64,000 nucleotides of DNA, from the IMG/VR virus record IMGVR_UViG_3300043778_000063, positions 1-64,000 of that record. The stretch is one strand, 5' to 3'. A program made the position numbers and the translations under genes. Shown in pieces: positions 36,174 to 47,640 of this stretch. Below the pieces are notes generated by a model, which was not told where the DNA came from, did no database searches, and saw nothing but the letters and a program-made list of their open reading frames with translations. The DNA comes from a virus. Positions within the stretch are counted from its first letter, which is position 1. Each line of letters starts with the position of its first letter.

Positions 36174-36377
36174 CTATTCGGGGAAAATTCTGTCTATCAC
36201 GGCGCAGAAGGCGGCGTAAGCGTCTTTCAGCTCTTTCATGCCGTTCTCGAACTGCGCCGCAGCAGCGGGAACGCCCTCGCCGATGCCGTTGGTGGCGCAG
36301 TTGGCCGCGCGCGCCTTGGTCGCGTCGATCAGGCCATCCTTGACCGCCTGCAGCATCTCCGCCCGGGACAGGGTCAC
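36174..36377 (-). CDS. Hypothetical protein
   Basis: GTGA overlap with the endolysin stop. Confidence 0.5.
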   Translation of the reverse strand: MTLSRAEMLQAVKDGLIDATKARAANCATNGIGEGVPAAAAQFENGMKELKDAYAAFCAVIDRIFPE

Positions 36378-37228
36378 GTCGAGGTCTTCGGCGCCGCTGG
36401 CTCTTCCTTCGGCGCGTCGAGCGCGGCCAGCGCTTCCTTGAGCGCGGCCACCGTCTCGGGCCCGGCGAAGTCGACCCTGAGGTTGTAGCTGCGCTGGAAA
36501 TGCTCCACCGCCTTTTTCGTCTTGTCTCCGTAGCTGCCATCGACGTGCAGCGGGGGTTCCCAGCCGAGCCGATTCAGTGCCGTCTGAATCCATTTGGTGT
36601 CGACGCCGGTCTCAGGCGCCGCGATGCCGGAATGGATCGGCGGCGCAATCGCTGCGCTCGGCAGCGCCAGCGACGGATCAATCTCGACCATCCGGCGGGC
36701 GACCGGGATGATGCCCAACTGCTCGTCCATCACGGTTGGATCATAAACGTGATCTCTCACGTATTTGCCAGGGGTTTGAATGTTCGTTCCTCCCCATAGA
36801 TAGCTGGTGTGCTGATGATGCTCATCGCGCGGTCCAAACCCGTTAAAAAGTTCTCCATAGAAGCAGATCAATTCCCAGATCCAGTTGGGCGCGCCAACGC
36901 GATCAAGTCCATTCAGATGGTACGCAGCAATCGCCGAATCCGCCCACGTCCGGAAGGGTCCATTCTTCGGAACGTCCTTCGATATGCTGTTCAAGGGCCA
37001 ACCTTGACCTGCGTTTCTAGTGAAATCCGAACCGGATTCGCGCTCGAATAGCGTCGCCATGAAGACGATCGGCACGCCGGTCGCCACGCTCACGGACTGA
37101 TACCGCGGTTTGAACCCGATCAACTTCATCGCGACGTGGTCGACCTCGGCGCGGCATTCCTTCCGGACCACCATCGCGGAGAGCAGTTGCGAATATTCCG
37201 GCTTCAGGATCTCGAAAGGATGACGCAT
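36374..37228 (-). CDS. Endolysin (lysozyme-family catalytic domain plus peptidoglycan-binding domain)
   Basis: ERES, FNGFG, YLWGGT, GKYVRD; IQTALNRLG..L.VDGSYGDKT..AV..FQ. Confidence 0.88.
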   Translation of the reverse strand: MRHPFEILKPEYSQLLSAMVVRKECRAEVDHVAMKLIGFKPRYQSVSVATGVPIVFMATLFERESGSDFTRNAGQGWPLNSISKDVPKNGPFRTWADSAIAAYHLNGLDRVGAPNWIWELICFYGELFNGFGPRDEHHQHTSYLWGGTNIQTPGKYVRDHVYDPTVMDEQLGIIPVARRMVEIDPSLALPSAAIAPPIHSGIAAPETGVDTKWIQTALNRLGWEPPLHVDGSYGDKTKKAVEHFQRSYNLRVDFAGPETVAALKEALAALDAPKEEPAAPKTST

Positions 37229-37240
37229 CGATCCAACTCC

Positions 37241-38401
37241 TCAGTTCTGGGATTCCTTCGAGACGATGAAGTTCGATACGAACCCCGTCGGGTTGGCGAC
37301 CATGATAGCACCGTTGTACGACCGGATGTTGAGGCAATCGTTCAGATTGAGCCACATGCTGGCGCTGACTTTCGTGGTCTGCACGCCACCAGTGCCATTC
37401 TCCTCATCCGCCTTGATGATGCCGCCGTTGACGTACAGCGACACGTAGAACACGGTATTCGGCGGCGCAGAGGGGAAATACAGCGTCGCGTCGGCATGGT
37501 ACACACCTGCGACATGCGGCGTGAAACAGCCTGTGGCCGGATTATAATCCCCGTTCAAATCGGTGTAGATCAGATCCGGCACGAGGAATTGCGGCGTCGG
37601 CGTCGCCGAGAGCGCGACCGCCTCTTGCCAGCCGACTGACGTCAACGTCGGACCGCCGAGCGTGACCGGGATTCCAGCCAGATAGCTCATGACGTCTTGG
37701 TTGAAATACCCAGGCTGGTGACCCAACGTCCGGATCGTGAGCAGAGAGCAACTGGCGCCGACCGCTGGACAGAATATCGACGACGTCAGATTCTCCGGGA
37801 CGGTCGAGTCGTTGTCCCCGTGCCAGATCTGGATCGGAACGCCTACAAAATTTGCTGCATTCAGATTCGGCGTGACTGAACTCTGGATCGCCGAAAATCC
37901 GGCCGCCGTCACGCCATATGCGCTGTATAGCGACGCCTGAAGCGACGGGAAGACAGCAGGGTCGGTCACGGGGAAAACTGCCGCGATCCGAGCGCACATC
38001 GAGGCCGGAGCATTGAAATTTTGCAAGCCTCCGCGCGATTGCGCATAGCAATTCGGTTTCGCCGCTAGCGAATAATTCGACGTGATAAACGCAGCGAATG
38101 GTCCCAACTGCGCGGCGTTATAGCCGTAGTCGTCGAGCCCGCCATCGGCCCCAGGAATCCACATGCCGACCACGGTCTGGCAAAATGGCTGCTGCGATAG
38201 GCCGGCTATCAAAGGGAGTGGTGCGGCATATCCGAGGCCGCCATTTGACACCGGCCCGGTCGGCATGATCAGCGTCCATTGATTGCCCGTGCAGCCGGCT
38301 GCGGGCGTATTCATGAAATATGTGAACCCATTCCATGTCAGAGCATTTGCGGGAAGACATCCGATCGACAACAGGAGCAGTGCTGCTAATATTTTTTTCA
38401 C
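37241..38401 (-). CDS. Signal-peptide alpha/beta-hydrolase with C1q-like C-terminal domain
   Basis: AQSRGG elbow, WHGDNDSTVP, LGH; YNPATGCFTP..AGVY. Confidence 0.7.
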   Translation of the reverse strand: MKKILAALLLLSIGCLPANALTWNGFTYFMNTPAAGCTGNQWTLIMPTGPVSNGGLGYAAPLPLIAGLSQQPFCQTVVGMWIPGADGGLDDYGYNAAQLGPFAAFITSNYSLAAKPNCYAQSRGGLQNFNAPASMCARIAAVFPVTDPAVFPSLQASLYSAYGVTAAGFSAIQSSVTPNLNAANFVGVPIQIWHGDNDSTVPENLTSSIFCPAVGASCSLLTIRTLGHQPGYFNQDVMSYLAGIPVTLGGPTLTSVGWQEAVALSATPTPQFLVPDLIYTDLNGDYNPATGCFTPHVAGVYHADATLYFPSAPPNTVFYVSLYVNGGIIKADEENGTGGVQTTKVSASMWLNLNDCLNIRSYNGAIMVANPTGFVSNFIVSKESQN

Positions 38402-38413
38402 GTTGATTCCTTG

Positions 38414-40504
38414 CTATGGTGAATAATGCTCAAGAACGTAGATTGATCCGACAGCCCCCGCTCCGCCAGGTTGGCCTGTAGATGCCGTGCCTGCAGCCCC
38501 TCCCGCGCCAACGCTATAGGAATAAGTCGCGCTCGGCGCATTGACTATCTTGCTGAAACATCCTCCTGCGCCACCTCCAGTTCCAGCTCCAGCGCCAGCA
38601 AGCGCCGTTCCGCCGCTGCCTCCTCCCCCTGAATTTGTGATCCCGGCCGTGCCTGCATTTCCCGGTGTCGAGATTGGACCACCGCCACTATAAAATCCGC
38701 TATCACCTCCGATTCCAGCGTTTCCGGTTGTCCCGGTTCCCGGGCCGCCGGCTCCTCCTGTAAAATTCAGATCTCCTCCTGTGGCCGTACCGCCGTTGAC
38801 CGCGGCGCCATTATTACCATTGCCTGCGCCACCGCCGTTTGCGGTCAAGAATGATGATCCAAATGTCGTGGCAGATCCTGCTGTGGCTGCAACTGTCGTT
38901 CCGGTTCCTCCGAACCCGCCGCCGCCGCCGCCGCCGCAGCCGCGAATCTCCAGCCACGATACGGCACCGTTGGCGGTCGGTGTCGTGTACGTTCCGGAAA
39001 CAAATCCGCCTGTTCCGGTTGCTGTACCAGAGTTGAGAGCCGTGCTAACCGTGATCGGTCCGGTGCCCTTGATGGTGGTGGCGCTGGCAAATACTGCAGC
39101 CTGGCCGGCCGCTGGTGTGCCGCTGGTCGAGACGTTTCCTGATCCAGCTGGCGTTTGCCATGTGCCATCTCCGCGCCAGAAAGTGGATGAGGATGCGCTC
39201 GTTCCGCTATTCAAGTTCGTGACTGGCAGATTTCCGGTGACACCGCCATTGCCCGATGAGGCTAGATTCGCGGCCGACATGAACGAGCCAGAAACCGTCC
39301 CCGAATTGATCTCCGATCCGGCAATCGACTTGTTCGTGAGCGTTTGCGTATCGGTCGTCCCAACGATCAACCCGCTTGCGGGGAAGGTCTGCGCGGTCCC
39401 GCTGACCGTAAGAGCGGTGAATGCTCCCGTGCTCGGCGTTCCCGACCCGATCGGACCCGGCGTCGCGAAATTGGCGCCATTGATAAATGATGCGTTTAGA
39501 TTCGCGACCACTGTGGTCGACGCCACTGAGAATGGTGCGGTACCTGTTGCGAGGGTCGATGCGATCTGACCTGACGTCGTCATCGTACCCGTGATCGCTG
39601 GTGTGATCATCGTTGGCGATGTATTGAGCACATAGCCGCCAGTCCCGGTTGGTGCGGTACCGTTGTTGTAAATGAGGCCTGCAATATTGAGGGTGCTGAT
39701 GCCCTTGTCACCCCCGGTCGGCGATCCGATCGTGATGCCGCCGCTGGCATTCTGGCATAGTCCATTGGCCAATATCGCCGAGGCGATCGGTGTCGTCGCC
39801 ACGCAAGCCTGGCTGCCCTGATGCCCGGACGAGATGTTCTCCGCCGCATAGATCCGATAAGATGCAATCGCCGTCGTCGTCAGACCCGCGCCGTTGTACG
39901 CCCATGAGTTGAACGATCCGACCTCGGTGCCCGATGTGATCGCGGTTGGACTCGCGTTGGTCCCGCCGTACGAAACCCCGGAGAACGTCGATGGCTGACC
40001 GAACGCGTTGAGTTGGATGCGGCCGACCACGCCATTCGCCGCTCCGACGTTCAATGCAGCACCCGCGATCGCCGCCGGCAACGTGGTGGCGTTCAGGTTG
40101 ATGATCTGCTCGGCGGCAAATGTGTTCGTGGCGTTTATGACCGCACACGTCGCGCACGGGCCAACCCCGATCGGACCGACCGTTGATCCGTTGACCTGGA
40201 AGAAAAATCCGGCAGCGGTATCCCAGACGTCTCCATTGATGGGTGATGTCGCAGGTACGCCAGGCGCAATATTGAACCCGGAACGCGATGCCGTTGATGG
40301 CGCCGTGGTCAACTCGCCGGTCATGATTCCGCCGGACGTCAAGACCGGAGGTGCTCCAAGATAATCTTGCTTCGATGCCCACTCCTCGTTCCATTGCGCT
40401 GTGGTTGGAACTTGCCCGTAAGTCCAGCCGGGGTTGCTCTGCGCCAGCGCGGCGCTCGGCAGGAGCGCCAGCAACGCGAAGAGGGCCGCTTTCAAATGGC
40501 GCAT
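38414..40504 (-). CDS. Tail fibre-like protein with glycine-rich tip
   Basis: G/T/S-rich; [24 protein letters not shown] domain; signal-like N-terminus. Confidence 0.75.
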   Translation of the reverse strand: MRHLKAALFALLALLPSAALAQSNPGWTYGQVPTTAQWNEEWASKQDYLGAPPVLTSGGIMTGELTTAPSTASRSGFNIAPGVPATSPINGDVWDTAAGFFFQVNGSTVGPIGVGPCATCAVINATNTFAAEQIINLNATTLPAAIAGAALNVGAANGVVGRIQLNAFGQPSTFSGVSYGGTNASPTAITSGTEVGSFNSWAYNGAGLTTTAIASYRIYAAENISSGHQGSQACVATTPIASAILANGLCQNASGGITIGSPTGGDKGISTLNIAGLIYNNGTAPTGTGGYVLNTSPTMITPAITGTMTTSGQIASTLATGTAPFSVASTTVVANLNASFINGANFATPGPIGSGTPSTGAFTALTVSGTAQTFPASGLIVGTTDTQTLTNKSIAGSEINSGTVSGSFMSAANLASSGNGGVTGNLPVTNLNSGTSASSSTFWRGDGTWQTPAGSGNVSTSGTPAAGQAAVFASATTIKGTGPITVSTALNSGTATGTGGFVSGTYTTPTANGAVSWLEIRGCGGGGGGGFGGTGTTVAATAGSATTFGSSFLTANGGGAGNGNNGAAVNGGTATGGDLNFTGGAGGPGTGTTGNAGIGGDSGFYSGGGPISTPGNAGTAGITNSGGGGSGGTALAGAGAGTGGGAGGCFSKIVNAPSATYSYSVGAGGAAGTASTGQPGGAGAVGSIYVLEHYSP

Positions 40505-40513
40505 CGATTTCCC

Positions 40514-41386
40514 TCAGTTCTGGAACGGTGGCAGTTTCCACGCATCGACATTCGCCGTGGTCAGATCGGCGACATCCGACATCGCCTGCGCCGCCCATCG
40601 GTGAATCGATTCGACCGTCTTCCTGTTGGCCTCTCGCGCCAGCATGAAGGCGTGATCGGCGGGTGATCTGGTCTTCGCCATCAGGCCAGGCCGGTCGGCA
40701 TAGGCGGCCTCGGCTTGCTTCACCACCGCAGCCTGATCGGCGATCGGCTGATCAAGCGCTTTTGCTGCCGCCAGATCAGAGGCAATCACCGCGCCGAGCC
40801 CGGTCAGAGACTGCATCGCCGCTCCGATCAGTCCCGGCTGCTCGGCGGCCAACTTCATCTCAATTTTCTCTTGCTGGCTATTGAGAGCGGCCAACTTGTT
40901 CCGTTCATTGTCAACCGCGCGCAGCGATTGCTCAACGGCTGCGGCATCCGCCACCTGTATGTCGGCGGCGCGAAACTCGGCGGCGCGCAGCTTCGCCGCC
41001 GGGATGACTTTCTCGATCTGCGCTACCTCGGCCTCCTGGATCTGACCGATCAACGCCTGCTTCTTCGCCGCAAGAACCTGATCCGGTGTCGGGCCATCGT
41101 CCACGATGACATAGTTCGGTCCGGTATCATCGACCGCGCCAGCAACAATGGCAGGAGCGATCGGCGGCGGGAACGGCGCGTGCGCTTTTTCCTTCGGCAC
41201 GCCAGCGGCCTTGTCTGCAGCGACCGCAGCCATGTGAGCCTTCCAATCCGTCATTTCCTTGGCATAGGCTGCGACGTCCGCCTGGAACGTCGGGCCCACC
41301 TGAGACTTCAGAATCTTCGCCGGCTCAGCGGCAAAGACCGTCGACGTGAAAAATATCGCGATGAGAAGCAGAGCTGCGCGTTTCAT
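40514..41386 (-). CDS. Exported helical protein, possible fibre assembly chaperone
   Basis: Signal-like N-terminus; lies between the fibre genes. Confidence 0.6.
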   Translation of the reverse strand: MKRAALLLIAIFFTSTVFAAEPAKILKSQVGPTFQADVAAYAKEMTDWKAHMAAVAADKAAGVPKEKAHAPFPPPIAPAIVAGAVDDTGPNYVIVDDGPTPDQVLAAKKQALIGQIQEAEVAQIEKVIPAAKLRAAEFRAADIQVADAAAVEQSLRAVDNERNKLAALNSQQEKIEMKLAAEQPGLIGAAMQSLTGLGAVIASDLAAAKALDQPIADQAAVVKQAEAAYADRPGLMAKTRSPADHAFMLAREANRKTVESIHRWAAQAMSDVADLTTANVDAWKLPPFQN

Positions 41387-42597
41387 AGTTTGATAATCCA
41401 TATGCCGATCATGGCTCGAGGCGTGTTATTGGCCGGCGTGTTGAAAAGACCGTTACCGCCATCGGTGGCGCCGTTGACGACATGCGTGTGGTTGGCGCTC
41501 TCGGTGCTCGTCGTGAACGAATAGGCGTGCTGATGACGCGTGCTGGCGCCTGACGTGTTGACGTTCGAATTGTTGAAGCTACCTCCGCCAGCGACATTCG
41601 CACCACCGCCGCCGAATCCCTCGACCGAGTGGAAATGATCCGGACTATCGTTTCCGGTCGTGCCGGATCCGGTATGCGTATGGGCGGCGCTCTCGATGCT
41701 GCTCGTGATGTTGATGTTGTGCGTGTGCGCCGGGAGTTCGCCGACAGTGTTGGTGTGAAAGACCTCGCCGATCAATGATAGATTGAAGTTCGGGCCGCCG
41801 CCGAAAATGACCGGGACGCTATTCAGAACCCCTGTGCCCTGGTCGTTCCCCATCTGCATGGAGCCAGCCATCGAAAACACGGCGATTTGCTTGTTCGCTG
41901 CGTAATCCGCTGCAGCATTGGCTCCTCGGCCGCCAGTGACCGGGCACTGCGTGTTCGAGCAATTATTCCACAGCAGAACGTACAGAAGTTGCGTCGTCGA
42001 GTTGGCCACTGTCGCACCGGACGACGCATTACCTATCGTAGTCGAGGCGTTCAGGTTGACCCATCCAGAGGGTACGGTCGTCCAGGTCCACGCGATCGAG
42101 CCGGTCTGATACGTGCTCGGCAGCGGCACCCAATTCGTCCCGCCAGTGTCCGGGTTCGAGGTGTTGTTGTCGGCGGTCGAAAGCCAGAAGTCACCTGGAA
42201 CGATCGTAGATTGGAGAATGGCTCCCTTCGGGTATCCATTCGCGGCTCCGGTCGCAAACGTCGCGTCGTAGAATGTCGGGCCGCCTGCGGATGTCCACTG
42301 ATCCCATTGCGTGATCTGCCGCAGAATGCCGTTGAAGTCCTGCCCGAACGGCGCGCAGCCGCCGGCAGCGGCCGGCACGAAAGTGAGCGGCGGAAAACCA
42401 TCCGTGAGCGAGGCCGAGCAATTCGTGATGCCGATCTGAGACGGCTGCGGAATCGATCGGATGTACGGCGTCGCCGCAAACGCGCCCCAGGTCAGCGCGA
42501 ACTTTGGCGGGACATTGGCCTGCTGGATGGCGCCCGCACCGCTCGCGCCGAACAGCGCCAGAGCCGCGACAAAGGCTGCTATGATTCGGTTCTTCAT
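41383..42597 (-). CDS. Tail fibre protein (baseplate-proximal) with collar-like region
   Basis: GFPPLTF.P..AGG..P.GQDFNGIL, YPKGAIL, HTH/HQH repeats. Confidence 0.85.
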   Translation of the reverse strand: MKNRIIAAFVAALALFGASGAGAIQQANVPPKFALTWGAFAATPYIRSIPQPSQIGITNCSASLTDGFPPLTFVPAAAGGCAPFGQDFNGILRQITQWDQWTSAGGPTFYDATFATGAANGYPKGAILQSTIVPGDFWLSTADNNTSNPDTGGTNWVPLPSTYQTGSIAWTWTTVPSGWVNLNASTTIGNASSGATVANSTTQLLYVLLWNNCSNTQCPVTGGRGANAAADYAANKQIAVFSMAGSMQMGNDQGTGVLNSVPVIFGGGPNFNLSLIGEVFHTNTVGELPAHTHNINITSSIESAAHTHTGSGTTGNDSPDHFHSVEGFGGGGANVAGGGSFNNSNVNTSGASTRHQHAYSFTTSTESANHTHVVNGATDGGNGLFNTPANNTPRAMIGIWIIKL

Positions 42598-42614
42598 GCG
42601 GTAATTCTCTCCCA

Positions 42615-43292
42615 TCATGACGGCGGAGCTGTGATGTTAATACCGACGCCAGCCGGATCGGGCAAGACGCCAGGGGTCTGCAGGATCGCGAGGTCGACCG
42701 GCGTAAGGGGAAAGCTGAACGTATAGGTCGCCGTCATGTTCTGATTGTCGGCGATGTAGGCGGTCCCGCGGCCGGGGAAAAGCTGCAGCAGGATGCTGTT
42801 CGTCGATTGGATGGATCCGTCGGAGATGTTGCCCGCAGCTTTGGCCAGGATGAGCCGCCGAAAATCGGAGTCCTGCAGGATGAAATTGGAAACCGACGAC
42901 GAGCCGCTGGCGAAGCTGCCCTGGTTGAACCCGGTCCAACTGTTCGCCTCATTGAACCCAAAGCTCGGGGTGAGACCAGAGAATTTCAGCACCCTGGTGA
43001 CACCGACGATCCTGCCCAGCACATCGAGACCGTAGCCGACCGCGGTCGTGATATCGACCTCATTCTCCAGGAACTGCTCGTAGAACTGCGTCAGGTCCAT
43101 CGCCGCGTTGAACGACGTGATCAGACCAGTGATGATTGGACTGTTTGCGTATTGGCTGAGAACGATCGTCCATGGATCCCACGGCGAAAGTTCGCCGAGC
43201 GGACTCACGCCGATGGAAAAAGTCCCAATCGCATTCGATCCTGGCGTGAAACCTGGAGCGAACCGGGGATAGGGCGGGCCCGTGTCGGTCAT
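42615..43292 (-). CDS. Baseplate wedge protein (DUF2612)
   Basis: [27 protein letters not shown]. Confidence 0.85.
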   Translation of the reverse strand: MTDTGPPYPRFAPGFTPGSNAIGTFSIGVSPLGELSPWDPWTIVLSQYANSPIITGLITSFNAAMDLTQFYEQFLENEVDITTAVGYGLDVLGRIVGVTRVLKFSGLTPSFGFNEANSWTGFNQGSFASGSSSVSNFILQDSDFRRLILAKAAGNISDGSIQSTNSILLQLFPGRGTAYIADNQNMTATYTFSFPLTPVDLAILQTPGVLPDPAGVGINITAPPS

Positions 43293-45154
43293 GTGTGCGA
43301 AACCAAAATGTTCGCCGCGGTGAGCTGCGGCACCTGATTCGCGTTGACCTGGATCACGATCTGATCGGCAGATGCCGCAGTGAATACTCCGTTGGTGGTG
43401 AGCGCCGCACCGCTCGACGTCGTGGTGTTGCTCGTCACGTAAACGCCAGCACCGCCGGGCGTGCCGCTGGTTTGGTTGACGATGATGGTATTGGACGGAA
43501 CGCCGGTACCGGTCAGAACATTGCCGTTTACAATCACGCCGGTCACAGCCGTCACGGTCAAGTTAAAACCTGATCCCGTGCCCGTGAACGTCGCGCCAAA
43601 TAGCGTCTGGGGTTGGTTGACCGTATAGACGCCGACGCCGCCCGGGGTGCCGCTGGTCTGGCCGGTGATATAGGTGGCATTCAGCGTGAGATTGAGCACG
43701 TCGAACAGCGCATCATTCGTGATCAACGTCCCTGACGTCACCGCAGTGACCGTCAGATTATTCCCGGAAATATTCCCAACCACGACCGCATCGGATTCAT
43801 TGGCCGATCCGATACCGATCGCAGCGACCTGCGCCCATGTCCCCAACGCCGCCACAGCTGGGACGTACTGGATCGCGTATAACTGAGAATTGATCCGCGC
43901 CCGCGGAATCGTCGTCCCGGTGGTGGTGGTCGCCGAAGTCATCGGCTCGCTGGTGACGGTCTGCGCCACGCTGACCGAATAGGTGCCGATTCCTCCGGTC
44001 CCGGTGCCGAAACCGGTGATCGTCGTGTTGGCGACCAGATTGCCGGTGAGGTCATCGATCGTCTGGCCGATTGACAGCGTTCCGGAATTCACCGCGCTGA
44101 CGGTAAGCGTCGTCCCCGCCACCGAGCCCGTGAAATTGGCCTGCAGGGATTGCCCCGAGAATGCTGCGAGGATCGCGCTCTGGATCTGGGTCTGGAATGT
44201 CGATGGGACCAGCGGGCCGTTCGCGACCACGATCTTGAACAGCACCTGAAGCGCTGGCGGGATCTCGTAGGTGATCTGGTACGGAACCGGCGCGGAATAC
44301 AGCGGATTCGAATCGTAGACCGTGACCGTGGTGTTTCCCACCATCGGCGAGCCCGGGCTCTTTTTGGACCAAATCGCCTGCGCCACGGCCGCTGGCGCGC
44401 CGCCGGCAACGCAGATGTACGTCGAATAGGCCGCGATCGAGACCCCGTTGATGACCACGGTCCCGTTCGTGGGATTGGCGACACCGTAATAGTCGAGAAC
44501 CCCTGGCACCTCGGCGACGGCGCCGATGATGGCACCGACCGGGCCGAAACTGTTGCCGGCGACGCTATCCTGCCGCCGCGTTTCAAATGCCGCGCGGCTC
44601 TCGACGTTGCGTCCGATCGCGCCCGACAGCACCGTGGCGGAATCCCATCCGGGGATGAGCTGCGTCAGGGTCACCGCGGCAGGTACCGCCAGCGGGCCCG
44701 GCACCACTGCGGCAAACGACAGCGTGATCGCCCCTCCGACTGGGATCGTGCCGGCCTGGACGCACTGATAGAGGTTGTTGTTGATGTCCTGGACCAGCGC
44801 GCCGATCGGAATTATGACGCCTTGGGCGCCGTTGCAGATGATCTGGAGTGCGGTCGGTTCCGAGGGCTGCCGGGCGAAGCCGGGGATCAGCCGCCCCAGC
44901 GCATCCTGAAACCTGCCGGACGCATAGGCCGGATCGAACTGTTGAGCGTAATAGACCGCAGTCGAATACGTATTGACGACGATCGCGCCCCAGGACTGCG
45001 CCAACTGCCCCTGCGGTGTCGTGAGCCCGTAGTTGAGCGCGCTACCGAACGCGCCGCTGATGTCGAGTTGCACGCCGGCGAGAACGGACGGGCCCGATGG
45101 CGCCAGAAACCCGGCCGACGTCCATTGTATTTGGGGGACCGACGTTCCGGCCAT
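43289..45154 (-). CDS. Baseplate J-like protein with inserted repeat modules
   Basis: [25 protein letters not shown]. Confidence 0.88.
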   Translation of the reverse strand: MAGTSVPQIQWTSAGFLAPSGPSVLAGVQLDISGAFGSALNYGLTTPQGQLAQSWGAIVVNTYSTAVYYAQQFDPAYASGRFQDALGRLIPGFARQPSEPTALQIICNGAQGVIIPIGALVQDINNNLYQCVQAGTIPVGGAITLSFAAVVPGPLAVPAAVTLTQLIPGWDSATVLSGAIGRNVESRAAFETRRQDSVAGNSFGPVGAIIGAVAEVPGVLDYYGVANPTNGTVVINGVSIAAYSTYICVAGGAPAAVAQAIWSKKSPGSPMVGNTTVTVYDSNPLYSAPVPYQITYEIPPALQVLFKIVVANGPLVPSTFQTQIQSAILAAFSGQSLQANFTGSVAGTTLTVSAVNSGTLSIGQTIDDLTGNLVANTTITGFGTGTGGIGTYSVSVAQTVTSEPMTSATTTTGTTIPRARINSQLYAIQYVPAVAALGTWAQVAAIGIGSANESDAVVVGNISGNNLTVTAVTSGTLITNDALFDVLNLTLNATYITGQTSGTPGGVGVYTVNQPQTLFGATFTGTGSGFNLTVTAVTGVIVNGNVLTGTGVPSNTIIVNQTSGTPGGAGVYVTSNTTTSSGAALTTNGVFTAASADQIVIQVNANQVPQLTAANILVSHT

Positions 45155-45155
45155 C

Positions 45156-45536
45156 TCATCCGATTCCTTGCGGGTTAATGACGGCGAAACTGGCGAACGA
45201 GGTCTGACCTGTCGACGCGCTGGTAACCTGGATTTGGCCGGAAATCGAGCGGCCGCTCACCGACGAGATGAAGCACACCGCAGAACCGACATCGGGCACC
45301 GTCAGAGCAGCACCTACGAACAGCCCCTTGATCTGCGCCAACGAAGGATTGCCGCCGAAGACGATACCCAGATAATCGATGCCGAGCGTCGTATCGAAAT
45401 AGCACTCCCCAATGAATGTCTTGATCGCCGAGGCGGCATCTTGCGCAAGGGAGTATGGCTCGCTGGCGACCGCGATGTTCCCCGAACTATCGAGGGTCAA
45501 ATCCCATTGGGTTCTGTCCAGCAACAAAGTGCTCAT
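45156..45536 (-). CDS. Baseplate wedge / sheath initiator
   Basis: [25 protein letters not shown]. Confidence 0.8.
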   Translation of the reverse strand: MSTLLLDRTQWDLTLDSSGNIAVASEPYSLAQDAASAIKTFIGECYFDTTLGIDYLGIVFGGNPSLAQIKGLFVGAALTVPDVGSAVCFISSVSGRSISGQIQVTSASTGQTSFASFAVINPQGIG

Positions 45537-46294
45537 ACCGGCGGCCCCGAATCTCCACCGCCGGTCTGAACTCCGCTATGCACATGAGTGGCCAAACTCT
45601 TGCCGCCGCCGACGACATCGGCCGCAGTGACCGTGCCGGTAAGCACGATGTTCCCAAAATACGTTCCACCCGCCTCGCTCTGTATCGTCCCGCCGAGCTG
45701 AAAATTTTGCGTCACGACAAGCGCTCCGTTGATGGTCACCGGCTGGCCGGACTTCGGCGTGATCGACCATCCTGTCGATGAACTGACTACCATATTTCCG
45801 TCGACATCGACGAACTTCAAATGACCGTCGGCCGTGAACTGGATGTAGCAGGTTGGGGCCGGGTTCAGGATCGCGCCGACATAGACGCTGTCCGCGAGGT
45901 TGTACCGGCGCCGCGAGCCCGGCAGCGCCGCGGCCTTGGTGTTCTTAACCTTGGACATATCCCGGCTTGCCGCAACGATAAACCCGATGTCCCCCACCAC
46001 CGGATCGCAGATGATGGCGTTTTTCCCGCCCTGGATCCGCGACCATGGGATGCCATGCACTGTCCCGTGGGGCGTCCCATAGCCATTGCCGTCAATCTGG
46101 CTAATGAGCGGCTGGACGTCCACCGTGCCAGCCGCTGGCGGCGTTCCCGCGCCTGCGGTGACCGCCAGCACCTTCACCGGTGTCATGGTCGAGATCTTGG
46201 CGACGACCTGCCGCGCGAGGAACAGCACCGATCGATAGTCGGAGCCCGAATCGTTGGGGGTTTCGTGGCCATAGCCGAATGTGGTGTCGCTCAC
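45533..46294 (-). CDS. Baseplate central spike (Gp138/gpV-like)
   Basis: VDVQPL, DPVVGDIG, SL.THVHSGVQTG. Confidence 0.88.
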   Translation of the reverse strand: MSDTTFGYGHETPNDSGSDYRSVLFLARQVVAKISTMTPVKVLAVTAGAGTPPAAGTVDVQPLISQIDGNGYGTPHGTVHGIPWSRIQGGKNAIICDPVVGDIGFIVAASRDMSKVKNTKAAALPGSRRRYNLADSVYVGAILNPAPTCYIQFTADGHLKFVDVDGNMVVSSSTGWSITPKSGQPVTINGALVVTQNFQLGGTIQSEAGGTYFGNIVLTGTVTAADVVGGGKSLATHVHSGVQTGGGDSGPPV

Positions 46295-47313
46295 ATCCCG
46301 CCTCCCTGCGGCGGGACCGGCGCCGCGAATCCCTTGGGATAGCAGATCATCGTTGCATCCCAGCGCCCCTTGGGGACCAGCGAATCAAGCGCCAACGATA
46401 GCCTCTGCACTACCCAATCGCGATTAGCCTGCGGTACCGCTACGCTGGTGATGTGGATGACACCGCCGAAGGCGATTTGCGGGTTGAACAGCGATTTCAC
46501 GACCGCATAGCCGTTGGGCGCGAAGCTCGGCGCGCCGATCATGCCGGTATCCTTCGACACCAGCGGGACTGGTCCGTTGGTGTTGCGCTGGCTGCCGATC
46601 GGCCAGATCGCCAGAACCTGCTGGCCTCCGCTGCCGGGCAGGATCTCGGCGTTGATATGCGCGTGCTCGGCGCATTCCCGGATCTGATCCCGCAAGGTAC
46701 CCGGGAAATAGCTCGAGGGCAGTTGGATCGTGACACCGTTATTTTCGAATCCGGCCGGGATCTGCCGAGCGAATCCGGCCATGATCGTTGCCACATCGGT
46801 CGAGCCCGGGAAGCTCGATGCGGGGATCGGCACCGTCCCAGCGATCAGTCCAGTCCGGCACTCGAAATGCATGGCCACTTGCGGCATCCCGCTGAAGTCC
46901 GGAAACGCGAAGGCGATCGTCCCCGTGAACACAGGCGTCAGCCCAGCCTGCGCATCCCCTGCGGATATCGTGATGCTATTTTTCTGGACCATGTCGAAAA
47001 TCATGCCGAGCGTCGACAATTGATTCACGAGGTTCGGCGCCAGTCCATAAATCGAGACGGTGGCGCTACAATCCACGCCGCCGCTGTTCTCGATTCGAAC
47101 CGACGTTCGGAAACCCGATAGCGTGATCGTATCGGAATCGGTGCCGGCGAATTTATTCGGCTGGTTGGTCTGCTGATTCGCCTGAAGCGAGATCGTCAAT
47201 TCGATCAGGCGTTGGACGAAGCTCTGCTGACCCTGGAATGGAGGTTGAGGGGCGATCGTTGAGGTGTCGGTCGTTCCGCCGGTGATGATGACCTTCGTAG
47301 GTCCATCCGCCAT
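46291..47313 (-). CDS. Baseplate hub protein
   Basis: IYGL, ISAGD, FENNGV, TGMIG.P; gene position. Confidence 0.78.
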   Translation of the reverse strand: MADGPTKVIITGGTTDTSTIAPQPPFQGQQSFVQRLIELTISLQANQQTNQPNKFAGTDSDTITLSGFRTSVRIENSGGVDCSATVSIYGLAPNLVNQLSTLGMIFDMVQKNSITISAGDAQAGLTPVFTGTIAFAFPDFSGMPQVAMHFECRTGLIAGTVPIPASSFPGSTDVATIMAGFARQIPAGFENNGVTIQLPSSYFPGTLRDQIRECAEHAHINAEILPGSGGQQVLAIWPIGSQRNTNGPVPLVSKDTGMIGAPSFAPNGYAVVKSLFNPQIAFGGVIHITSVAVPQANRDWVVQRLSLALDSLVPKGRWDATMICYPKGFAAPVPPQGGGM

Positions 47314-47316
47314 GTG

Positions 47317-47640
47317 TCAGCCTCCCGGCAGGTCGGTCGTCTCCAGATAGATCAATTGATAGCGGGTTCCGAGGCCGGTGAACACCGGATCCGACGGGCT
47401 GCTACCGCCCTGGGTGTCCAGAAAGCAGAAATCCCCAACGAATCCGAAATAGGCGTCACGCACGATCCGGTTGAGATTTTCGCAAATCACGCTGCCGACC
47501 ACCAACGAATTGCCGACGAACAGCGTCATGAACATCCCGTAGGTGAGTTGCTGGAGTTCGATCACGCATGGCTGATTCGCGACCTGGACCTGAAAGGTCT
47601 GATTCGGGATCGGCTGGACCGGAATCACCTGGGACATCAT
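47317..47640 (-). CDS. Baseplate protein
   Basis: IPV.P.PNQ, GF.GD..F.DTQG, GLGTRY.L. Confidence 0.75.
   Translation of the reverse strand: MMSQVIPVQPIPNQTFQVQVANQPCVIELQQLTYGMFMTLFVGNSLVVGSVICENLNRIVRDAYFGFVGDFCFLDTQGGSSPSDPVFTGLGTRYQLIYLETTDLPGG

Noticed and set aside
37241-42597. Diversity-generating retroelement or invertible fibre cassette
   Set aside because: No reverse transcriptase, invertase or template/variable repeat pair seen
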